IMG/VR virus record: IMGVR_UViG_3300034069_000660
Coordinates: 1 to 64,000 of that record
Reading direction: 5' to 3' (one strand)
Source of the DNA: a virus
Length of the DNA: 64,000 nucleotides
Within the stretch, counting starts at the first letter, position 1; each line of letters opens with the position of its first letter. Shown one piece after another: positions 1 to 8,500 of this stretch. The notes under the pieces were generated by a model. That model was given only the letters and a program-made list of their open reading frames with translations. It made no database searches and was not told the origin of the DNA. Both the position numbers and the translations under genes were made by a program.

Positions 1-51
1 CCAGCCGGCGGCCCCGATCGCGCTGCTACTGTTGAGGGAGTTCGTGGCGGG

Positions 52-351
52 ATGGCGGCCGGGGCAGCGGTCGTGACGGAGTTGTTGCTGGCGGCGCGTT
101 GCTGCGGTCAGTGCCTGACCAGCCGCGACCGCATTGTCTCCGGCGAGCGCGCGGCACAGATCGTCCGGGACTGCCGGCGCAGCGGCGCGCACTTCCGCTG
201 CCACAAGTTCGCTGACGACACGATCGTCCATTGTCGCGGCGTTCATGACGTCATGCTGCGGGATGGCGCAGGTTCCACCGCCTACCAGTTCGCAACCCGC
301 CTTGGCATTCCTGTCGTCGAGATCGATCCGGAGGTATCCCACCATGAATGA
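52..351 (+). CDS. Hypothetical Cys/His-rich protein (reading frame open to the left window edge, may be 5'-truncated)
   Basis: ORF track 99 aa. No in-frame stop from nt 1. Its stop overlaps the next start (ATGAATGA at 344-351). Confidence 0.4.
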   Translation: MAAGAAVVTELLLAARCCGQCLTSRDRIVSGERAAQIVRDCRRSGAHFRCHKFADDTIVHCRGVHDVMLRDGAGSTAYQFATRLGIPVVEIDPEVSHHE

Positions 352-661
352 TACCCGACAGCCGATTATGAAGCCTGAACAGCGTCGTGATTGGATCGAG
401 GCATTCATGCGCGGCAATAATCAGGCGCGGGGCGGGGTTGATATCTGCGATGCCGCGTTTGTCGATGCGTACACCGAAGCCACTAATGCACCCTATTCAG
501 TAACCATGTACGGCGCGAACAAATGCCGGATGCTTGGCCGTGATCTGTCCATCATGGCAGGGGCTGGCGTTCTTCGCCGTAGCCGGATTGGTTTGGACGG
601 GATGGCCGGGATGGGGTTTCCCCGGTGGGTATGGTCCTACAGGCTGACGCATTCGTCATGA
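344..661 (+). CDS. Hypothetical protein (105 aa)
   Basis: Internal ATG (M71) of ORF 134-661. Start overlaps the upstream stop and its own stop overlaps the next start (ATGA at 658-661). Confidence 0.45.
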   Translation: MNDTRQPIMKPEQRRDWIEAFMRGNNQARGGVDICDAAFVDAYTEATNAPYSVTMYGANKCRMLGRDLSIMAGAGVLRRSRIGLDGMAGMGFPRWVWSYRLTHSS

Positions 662-1185
662 TCACCTCGACCGACTTCGTCGCGATCCACTTCAAGGGAT
701 CACCGACACAGGGCGCGGCGATCGAGCGCGCCCGGGGGGAGGCTTGGATCGAGCGATGCCCATATCCGGAGCGGTGGGAATTGGTCCCGGTCGTGACCTG
801 CAGCTGCTGTGGCATCCCGGCATGGGATAACGGACGCTGCACCAAGCATCAGGGGCGGAACCCCTGTGCGGTCGAGGGTTGCACCCGGACGCGTGCTGTA
901 CCGGCTGGCGGGGCTCTGGCGAACGATCAGACCATATGCGGCGAGCATTGGAAGCGATACGTCCCACCCCGGAGCCGAACCCGCCGTGCCTATCACCTGT
1001 TCTTCCGACAGGCGAAACAGCACGGGTGGGGCTACAAGGGCAAGCGCGGCAAGAGTGCCCGGCTCGACTGGCGCTTCGATAGGTTCTGGGGAAAGCTGAT
1101 CCGCATGGTCAGGCGGCGTGCCGACGGTGGGCACCTAGACGAGGCAGCGATTAATCGCCTGATGGGATGGGATGACGGGGGCTGA
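658..1185 (+). CDS. Hypothetical Cys-rich protein (175 aa), last gene of a plus-strand operon
   Basis: Internal ATG (M12) of ORF 625-1185 coupled by ATGA overlap. Multiple CxxC/CxC motifs. Followed by an intrinsic terminator. Confidence 0.5.
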   Translation: MITSTDFVAIHFKGSPTQGAAIERARGEAWIERCPYPERWELVPVVTCSCCGIPAWDNGRCTKHQGRNPCAVEGCTRTRAVPAGGALANDQTICGEHWKRYVPPRSRTRRAYHLFFRQAKQHGWGYKGKRGKSARLDWRFDRFWGKLIRMVRRRADGGHLDEAAINRLMGWDDGG

Positions 1186-1247
1186 CAAGCCCGGCGCGTC
1201 CATCTATATGGCGTGACGCCGACCTATGGTGGGAAAGCATTCAAACT

Positions 1248-1278
1248 GGCTCCGGGGCGAACCTCCGGGGCCTTTTTT
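1248..1278 (+). terminator. Rho-independent terminator
   Basis: GGCTCCGGGG (1248-1257) pairs with CTCCGGGGCC (1263-1272): 10 bp including 2 G:U pairs, 5-nt loop, followed by TTTTTT (1273-1278). Confidence 0.75.
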
Positions 1279-1356
1279 ATGGCCCGGCCTATCCGGATAA
1301 GGCGGAAAGGCAGAAACGCCCTGATAGCGCGGCTGCGACGCGATCCGGGGCATCGG

Positions 1357-1398
1357 GCCGGACGATCCCATACCGACCCGGCACGGCGATCGTCCGGC
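1357..1398 (-). terminator. Possible hairpin at the end of the late (lysis) operon
   Basis: 11-bp inverted repeat GCCGGACGATC / GATCGTCCGGC with a ~20-nt loop, just downstream of the last minus-strand gene. No U-tract. Confidence 0.3.
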
Positions 1399-1408
1399 GA
1401 TATCGCGA

Positions 1409-1606
1409 TCAGATGCTCTGCGCGTCCAGATGGGCGGCTTCGGCGGCACCGACGGCCTGTTCATAGGCCTGTTTCAGATCGGCTTGCTTGTCGGGGTCAC
1501 CGTCGAACGCGTCGATGACCTGTTCGATAAGGGCCTTGTATGCCGGGAAGGTCGAGCCGACCAGCAGCGCGGTCTTCGCGATTTCGGCGACGTCCATGAT
1601 CTTCAT
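1409..1606 (-). CDS. Hypothetical small protein (65 aa), last gene of the late operon
   Basis: ORF track. Lies 9 nt downstream of the lipoprotein gene. Confidence 0.5.
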   Translation of the reverse strand: MKIMDVAEIAKTALLVGSTFPAYKALIEQVIDAFDGDPDKQADLKQAYEQAVGAAEAAHLDAQSI

Positions 1607-1615
1607 CGCAGTTTC

Positions 1616-2026
1616 CTACTTCGTGGGGGTCAGGGCGGACATTGCGGCGACTGCCGCATATGCCCGGTCGATCGCGTCGGCATACTTCGTCGCGTTCAGC
1701 GTCAGGTATGCGATCCGCAGTGCGCGGACCGCCTCGATCCCGCGCTGGTCGGCGGCCTTGAACTTGGCCTTGTCGATCAGGCCGGCGCGGGCCAGCGCCG
1801 CGCCCATGCGTGATGCGGCGGTGTAGGCGTTCGTGGCACCAATACCGACGGCTTCATCGATCGTGGTGCGGTCGGCGATCTCGACCGGCTTGATCGGGAC
1901 GGTGGTGTCCAGCACCGCGCCGGCCGCCACGACGGCGGCCGATCCCGGGCTGGTCGGGGCAGAGCCCTGCCCCATGCACCCGGCGAGGGGCAGGGAGAGG
2001 GCGGCGGCGATCAGGATCAGGCGCAT
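1616..2026 (-). CDS. Lipoprotein (136 aa) in the lysis cassette; possible outer-membrane spanin analogue
   Basis: Signal peptide plus lipobox LPLAG|C. Its start overlaps the stop of the upstream membrane protein. Confidence 0.65.
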   Translation of the reverse strand: MRLILIAAALSLPLAGCMGQGSAPTSPGSAAVVAAGAVLDTTVPIKPVEIADRTTIDEAVGIGATNAYTAASRMGAALARAGLIDKAKFKAADQRGIEAVRALRIAYLTLNATKYADAIDRAYAAVAAMSALTPTK

Positions 2027-2352
2027 CAGGTTTCCTTCGTGGCTGCGACGTGGGTCAGGACGGCGGGGTCTTCGCCGGTTGCGGCGGCGACCTTGGCGGT
2101 GATCGGGTCCGTCGCCATCGCTTGTTTCGCGACGTCCTTGACGGTGACCCCGGAGGTGACGCGGCTGGCGACCTCCGCACCAAGAATCGCAGTCAGCTGG
2201 CGAACGCCGCCCCAGAAGCCGACGGCATCATCCGGGATGCGCCGGCTGATGGCCCGGCTGGCGACGTTGATGACGACGATCCAGAAAACGAGGGTGCTGG
2301 GGGCGATCCCAAGGTGGGCGGCGATCTCGGGGATCATGGTGAACGGGTCCAT
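2026..2352 (-). CDS. Membrane protein (108 aa) in the lysis cassette (i-spanin or holin-like candidate)
   Basis: N-terminal hydrophobic helix (STLVFWIVVINVASRAI). Sits directly after the endolysin gene. Confidence 0.5.
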   Translation of the reverse strand: MDPFTMIPEIAAHLGIAPSTLVFWIVVINVASRAISRRIPDDAVGFWGGVRQLTAILGAEVASRVTSGVTVKDVAKQAMATDPITAKVAAATGEDPAVLTHVAATKET

Positions 2353-2361
2353 CGGCTTCTC

Positions 2362-3063
2362 CTATTTGCCACCGAAGGAAACGAAGGCGGCGGCCATCTT
2401 CTCATGATACCGGTTCAGCCGGTAGCCGGTGCCGTTGTACCGGCGCGCGACCTCTTCCCAGCTGGCGGCGGTTCGATCGACCTTGCGCAGATAGGGCACG
2501 ATTCCCGCCGACGTGACGAACGCCTCGAACGCCCGCAGCTGTGTGACTTCGTCTCGGGCCATCGATTCGGCGAATCGCATCGCGTCGGAGTAGCCACAGC
2601 GCGCGAAATTCTCGCCCATGATCTGCGGGGCACCATAGCTGGCGGCACCGAACCCCGCATCGACGTCCAGCCGGATCATCGCCAGCAGTTGATCATATCG
2701 AGCATCCTGCGACGACGGATAGGGTCGGGTGCCCCATGCCGGATAGCTGATCAGCGGATGGCTGCGATCGAACCGCCCGCCTGTCGCCTTCGAGAAGCGG
2801 TGCGGCTCCGGCAATATCTTCGGCCGCCCCTGCTGAAACCCGGCCCCGTTGGCCTCCACCTTCCAGAAGGCCCGGATCGCAGCGGTCTGCACACCCTGAC
2901 GTTTTGCCGATGCGTCGAAGTCGGGCAGCGCAAGTGCGGTGTCGGCACCATCGGTCACCATCAGCAGGACGCCGGCTTCGGTCAGACGTCCCCAGAGGCC
3001 GTCGACCGCGCCGCCATAGCGGCCCGTCGCTTTAAGGTGCCGTTGCAGGTCTTTCAGGTCCAT
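2362..3063 (-). CDS. Endolysin: N-acetylmuramidase (DUF3380-type) with N-terminal peptidoglycan-binding repeat
   Basis: Start is M130 of ORF 2362-3450. Motifs: LQRHLKATGRYGGAVDGLWG (PG_binding-like) and EANGAGF..PKILPEPHRF..YGAPQIMGENF (muramidase family). Confidence 0.85.
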   Translation of the reverse strand: MDLKDLQRHLKATGRYGGAVDGLWGRLTEAGVLLMVTDGADTALALPDFDASAKRQGVQTAAIRAFWKVEANGAGFQQGRPKILPEPHRFSKATGGRFDRSHPLISYPAWGTRPYPSSQDARYDQLLAMIRLDVDAGFGAASYGAPQIMGENFARCGYSDAMRFAESMARDEVTQLRAFEAFVTSAGIVPYLRKVDRTAASWEEVARRYNGTGYRLNRYHEKMAAAFVSFGGK

Positions 3064-3128
3064 TACGCGGTTCCGGTGCGGTGAAGTCGGGGACCTATCA
3101 CAGACCCCCGGGACTGTCACCGCGCCGG

Positions 3129-3533
3129 TCAGCTGTCGCCTTTGTGACCAGCGTCGAGCGCGCCCTTGCCGAAGAGCGAAAGGATGCGGTCGCGCAGCAG
3201 GTCGAACAGGATGATGCCCGAGGCACCGACGCCGATACCCCATGCGATTGCAACACCCGGGCCGGGTTGCCGCTCGACGACCAGCGCGAACAGGATCAGC
3301 ACAAGCACTCCGGTCAGGTAGCGGCCGCCCGGTGATGGACCTTCGCGCGCTGCGCTGACCCCGCGCGCCATCGCAAGTCCGATCATCGACAGCACCATCG
3401 ACGCGATCGGGATATTGATGCCGAATAGTTCGACGGCAGGCGGACCCCACGCCGGGATCGTCGCAGGTGCAACGGTCGGCAAGGCAACGGCAACGGCGTT
3501 GCCGGCGGTGCGGATGAAGCTAAGGCCGTCCAT
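3129..3533 (-). CDS. Holin-like membrane protein (134 aa)
   Basis: 3-4 predicted TM helices. Immediately upstream of the endolysin. Confidence 0.55.
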   Translation of the reverse strand: MDGLSFIRTAGNAVAVALPTVAPATIPAWGPPAVELFGINIPIASMVLSMIGLAMARGVSAAREGPSPGGRYLTGVLVLILFALVVERQPGPGVAIAWGIGVGASGIILFDLLRDRILSLFGKGALDAGHKGDS

Positions 3534-4113
3534 GTTCTAGCCATAGCCAATATTTGCCCACCGTGATCATGAAAGCGGCAATCGCGGCTTGCTGGCTTAG
3601 ACGGATCGGGATTTCCGTCGAGGTCCATGTCGCCCGCAGATCATTCACGACCCCGTTCAGCATCATCGACGGTGCGATTTTAAGGAAACCGATATCGCAC
3701 AACCATTTGACCCAGAAGGGCACGAACAGCGCCATCAGGAAGGGGAACAGGGTCAATCCGTCAAGGATTCGGGATACCAGCAGGACGGTTGCGGTAATCC
3801 CGATCGACACCTCCCCCCAGAACAAATAGGTCAGCACGTCGCTCAACGATCCTATGCCTGCGCCCCACAACAGGCATTGGGTGACGGCCCGATGATAATA
3901 GACTGGGTGGTTCGGGGCGATGCGTTCAGCGATGTTACGCCCCCGCAATCGAACCAGCGTCGAGGTTGACAGCAAAAGCACAAGCAATCGAGCGAATAGC
4001 GCCCACCCAAAGATCATTGGGTTATTATCAAAGCTGGGAGGATACGGGCTGTTGACCGCATTAAGAGCCTGACCGACGACTGTCCCGTGCTGCATTGCCA
4101 GTAGAGCGATCAT
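3520..4113 (-). CDS. Polytopic membrane protein (197 aa), unknown function
   Basis: About 5 hydrophobic helices. ATGA overlap with the upstream gene. GC visibly lower than the structural genes. Confidence 0.55.
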   Translation of the reverse strand: MIALLAMQHGTVVGQALNAVNSPYPPSFDNNPMIFGWALFARLLVLLLSTSTLVRLRGRNIAERIAPNHPVYYHRAVTQCLLWGAGIGSLSDVLTYLFWGEVSIGITATVLLVSRILDGLTLFPFLMALFVPFWVKWLCDIGFLKIAPSMMLNGVVNDLRATWTSTEIPIRLSQQAAIAAFMITVGKYWLWLEHGRP

Positions 4114-4607
4114 TGTTCGGGGCCCTGATCGTGCTGATCATTGAAAGAAAGGTGCGCGTTATCCAGACGCCGATAATTGGCGCGAGAATGGCGGCGACGT
4201 GCCAAGGCATCACGAACTCCCGGATATGCCACGCAACCGCACTGGACAGCAAAGACGCCATTGCTGAACCAGCCAAGGGCTACGCCCCGCCAGCCGTCGG
4301 AGATCGTGGAAATTGCGAGCGCCCCGCAGAACGCTACATCGAGCGCAGCAAACCCGGTGACGATCGCAGCTGGTGCGGCGGGAGCGGAACGAAACACCAC
4401 CTTCGCAATTACGGCGACAGCGCCGGCCTGCAGGATTTCAAGGGTCAGGCGAGTGTAAAAAGTCCCGCCGAAATAGGCCATGTTCGAAATCACCGAACAC
4501 AGGATCAGCATCAGGCCGATCAACACCACTGGATGCCGGCGTGATATCCGCGTCGCCCAAATCGCTAGGGCGGCATAGAATACGATCTCTACCGCCCACG
4601 CGATCAT
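4110..4607 (-). CDS. Polytopic membrane protein (165 aa), unknown function
   Basis: 4-5 hydrophobic helices. Tightly packed in the operon. Lower GC. Confidence 0.55.
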   Translation of the reverse strand: MIAWAVEIVFYAALAIWATRISRRHPVVLIGLMLILCSVISNMAYFGGTFYTRLTLEILQAGAVAVIAKVVFRSAPAAPAAIVTGFAALDVAFCGALAISTISDGWRGVALGWFSNGVFAVQCGCVAYPGVRDALARRRHSRANYRRLDNAHLSFNDQHDQGPEQ

Positions 4608-4610
4608 TGA

Positions 4611-4883
4611 TCAGGCTTCCGCTGCTGCGGGGGCGTCCTTGGCCCCGCCGCCGCGTGCGGCGACCTCGCCACCCCCGGGCTGGCCATTGCCGGCGACTTG
4701 ATCCCAGTCGAGGTCCATGCCCTGCACGTCGCGCAGATAGGCGAAGGCCTCCGTCAGGTGGCCGTGCTGTTCGACGGTCAGGCGAGCGGCGAGGGCGGTG
4801 TCACCGGACGCGATGGCGGCTTCGACGGCGCGCTGCGTCGCTCCGATCCTGTTCGCGATTTCCTGCGGGTCGGTCACGATCAT
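4611..4883 (-). CDS. Hypothetical protein (~90 aa; start uncertain, ATG 4883 or GTG 4877)
   Basis: Internal start of ORF 4611-4979, preceded by AGGAG. The longer form would overlap the upstream gene by 32 nt. Confidence 0.4.
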   Translation of the reverse strand: MIVTDPQEIANRIGATQRAVEAAIASGDTALAARLTVEQHGHLTEAFAYLRDVQGMDLDWDQVAGNGQPGGGEVAARGGGAKDAPAAAEA

Positions 4884-4947
4884 CTCCTGTATGTTGAAGA
4901 CAGCCAGATAGCAGGAGCCGGGCCCGGCGGACAGCCCCGCGTCAATC

Positions 4948-5580
4948 CTACATTGAGAAGTTCCAATTGATTGCGTCATAGGCGGCTCGCTTGGCCGTCG
5001 CGGTGGTCGCGGCCTTGATCGCCCGTATCCCGGCCTGTTCCACAGCCTCCCACGCAGCGATCCTGTCCTCGTCTACGTCGATCCGTTCCTCGATCTCGCC
5101 GACAACAATATCGACGCTGACCCCCCGCAACTTCGCCTCTGCCATAACATATCGAAATTTCTTTTTCTGTTGGTTGGCCGATAGGTTTGCCAGTCCCGGC
5201 AGAAATGACGACAACGGAGCGGTCAAGGCGTTTGGAACGACCACGCCGAGGGCACCAGATAGGGCCCGGAAGTCCAATATCTCCTGCTGCTTGCGACTGT
5301 ATTTCTTCTGTTTTCCGAAGTTTGTCGAATATATGCTGCGGACAAGGTCCTCATTTTTCGCCTTTACCTTAGCTATAAGTGAGGCCTGAACCTTGGACGG
5401 TATTTCGACCATCATTCGCGTCGTTGCATTCCAGCCGAAGGTTTCGTCGCTGTACCCGGCTGGCAAAGCCACAGATGATTGCCCATCCCTTAGCTTTGCT
5501 CCGGCGGGGGCGTTCGTGACGTGCGCCCCCGTTGCGGTGGTGAATATGGCTATTGCCGAAACGACTAGCTGATCTGCCAT
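4948..5580 (-). CDS. Hypothetical protein (210 aa), possible tail-fibre accessory or assembly protein
   Basis: Starts 3 nt after the gpJ-like stop. Low GC like the fibre C-terminus. No family recognised. Confidence 0.5.
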   Translation of the reverse strand: MADQLVVSAIAIFTTATGAHVTNAPAGAKLRDGQSSVALPAGYSDETFGWNATTRMMVEIPSKVQASLIAKVKAKNEDLVRSIYSTNFGKQKKYSRKQQEILDFRALSGALGVVVPNALTAPLSSFLPGLANLSANQQKKKFRYVMAEAKLRGVSVDIVVGEIEERIDVDEDRIAAWEAVEQAGIRAIKAATTATAKRAAYDAINWNFSM

Positions 5581-5583
5581 GTC

Positions 5584-8500
5584 TTATCCAATCACGTCGA
5601 TTGCTACACGTCCATCGACCAGCCTTAACACGCCGTATGTGGTTCGGAATGCCGCTGAATACTCGATAGACTTATCAGGGGAGGGGCTTGAAAAGGTGTA
5701 TGACGTCGATACCGATCCCGCAATATCATTGTAAATAGGATCGTTGGCACTGCCCTGATTGTAACGACTGGCCACAGAGCCACCCAATTCACCAAGAAAA
5801 TTCAGCGGCCCATTGTCTGTGAGATTGCGCCAGTAGAGCGCGAGAGTGCCCGCTCCCTCCTGATCGTTTGGGGCGCGATAGTTCGCATAGGCAGATACTC
5901 GGACCGTTCGCCCCCCCGGCACGGTGGTATTGGCAGCGCCGCTGGCCGCCCCGAAATTGCCTGTGAACGGGGTCGATGATGTGAACGCCGCTGACCCATC
6001 ATTTGCGCGAACTATTGTAATGCGCAGATCATAGTTCACACCTGCGCGGGTCGCACGCGCGGTGAACTCTCCACGGTCGCCAACGATATCAGTGAAGCTA
6101 ATCGTCTGCCCCGATATCGAGATCGAAGAGACGTTCGACACGGCGACATAGCTATAGCTGTCGGCCGCGATTTCCTGACCACCAAGATTCAGAGCAATGC
6201 GACAGGTCCCGCCGGCCCACGTCGGCTTCGAGGTCCCATTCGCGAACGACGGGATGACGAATGTGGCGGGGCTCGCGATCAGACCGATGCCAGCAGCACC
6301 GGCGAGGCCATTCGAACCATCCTTGATCTTCGTCACCGTCACCATATCGGAGACGCCCGACGCGCTGGCGACGATTGTCTCCGTGGCAGGTCCGAAATTG
6401 GCTTCATTGTACGCGAGAACATCGCGCATCCGTGCCGCGCTGATCGTCATGGTGTTACCGCTGAACGACACGCCCGGGGTGCTATAAATGCCATGGCCGA
6501 TCAGTGATCGCCACGACACCGGTCCCATCGCATTTTGTAGCGTCGCGGTGAAAACGACGTCACCGCTGATGATGTTGTTGTCGCGGTCATAGCGGATCGC
6601 CTGTGGGTTGGCGGCGACAGAGATCAGCGGCGGGTTGACGCCATCTGTTCCTCTGGGTCCGTTCTTCACCTTCGAAGCCGTCAGGCGGGACGTATAGGCT
6701 ACACCCTTATATGTCGCCACCAGATCAGAATATCCGGTGTCGTTGTATAGTCCGATGGCAAAATACGCACCTGCGGCGTCGATATAGCTGTCGAGATAGA
6801 ACGGGTTCTGCACAGTGAAGGTGCACTGACCGGTAACCTCGGTCAGACCTTCATAGACCCGCAGATGACCGCGACTGACGTCAGTCGGGAATGCGGGATA
6901 GTTGCCGTTGGCATCAGTCGGAACAGTGAATGTTTCATTGTCGGCAATGGCAACAATCGCGTTCTTCCCATCAGCCCCGTCCTGTTGCTTGCTGATCGTG
7001 ACGCGGCTGACCGGGGTGAAGCCGTTGACATAGGCTTCCATTGAGAACTTGCCGGCTGCGCCGCCATGCGCATTCATATTGTCGATGGCACCCTGCGGTG
7101 TCAGGTACAGGTTGTCAGGACCACTGCTACCCCACTGTGCCGGAAACTGTCTGGCGTATTCGGCAGCAGGTGCAGCGTAGATATTATTTCCATCGACATT
7201 GCGCAGGAAAAAATATGTCGTTCCCGGCATGTTTGTCCGTTGAACGTTGAAATCAATTCGTTGCCCAGCGAAGTAATTCCCGTCTTTGCCAACGCGCAGC
7301 GTGGTCGATGATGCACTAAGCTGTATTGACTGCGCTGCGGCTCCGACGGGTGTGAATTCAATATCCGTAGCCCTTGCGCCTTCGTCGAGGAAGCTGCTGT
7401 CCATGTATAGCGTTAGGTTCGGCGGTGCCGGAACCTCTCGATAGACGTCGCCGTTGTAAATGTACCGGATAACGTTGCCGTCATAGATTATCTGGAACAG
7501 GCCAAGGCCATATCCGACAATAAAATTACCGACGTATGATCCACTTTCATAGATACTGGCATTTCCGTCGCTTTGCGGATGCCACGCATAGTTCAACGGC
7601 TCCCAACTCGAACCCGCGTTGGGATCGTCGTTCAAACCGATCATGAAGCCCTTGTCGCCGGTTCCGCGAAAAGCCACGGCGGCACCGCCGCGAAACCCCG
7701 TGGTCGAATAGGCGTCGGCATTCCATGCGTAGCCCCCGGATTGCTTGATCAGCTGGTTGCCGGCCACCACGACGCCATTGCGCGAGGTCAGGCCGAACGG
7801 CGGCCCCTTGTATGCCGTCCACGAATAATAGATCGGGCTGTCCGGCTCCGTCGGAGACGTGCCGGTACCGAACCCGACATAGGCCCGTGTTCCCGCCTCA
7901 CCCGTGGTGAAGTCGATCTGACCATCGGGCGAATTCGCATAGGCATAATACGGATAATAGGTGATGCCGTTTCTGCCGGCTACACCGGGCAGACCATCGA
8001 CACCGTTGTTCCCGTTGGTAAAACTGTTCGGTACGCCTCCGACAATCTGGAATGTTGTCTGAATTAGCGCATCTGTTGGACCTTCGGGGTCATGCGGAAT
8101 AGTTCCGGCGACCCGTTCGAAGCCGCGCCCTTGCCCCCATCCCGCAACGCCAACAAGAGTATATGCGCCGCGATAGGCAAATGTCTTTCCGAAAACTTCT
8201 GGCGATGCGCCGCAACGATACATTGCTTGAAGCAAAGCGGGAAACGTATGGTTTTGATTTGGCTCGTCGGATGAATAGACGATGACAGGAGTTCCATCTG
8301 GAATTGCATTCAGAACGTTGAACATACCATCGATGCCTTGCGGTCTTCCATTTGCAAAGCCATCCGAAGGATATGTTATTTGGCCGTTTCCGAACACATC
8401 GAAATGCCTAACGCGCCATACATTTGCGGAAACACGCCAACAGACGGTGTAGCTTCGCGCATAGGTATCCGAAGAACTGCCGACTTCAGGATTAGGATCA

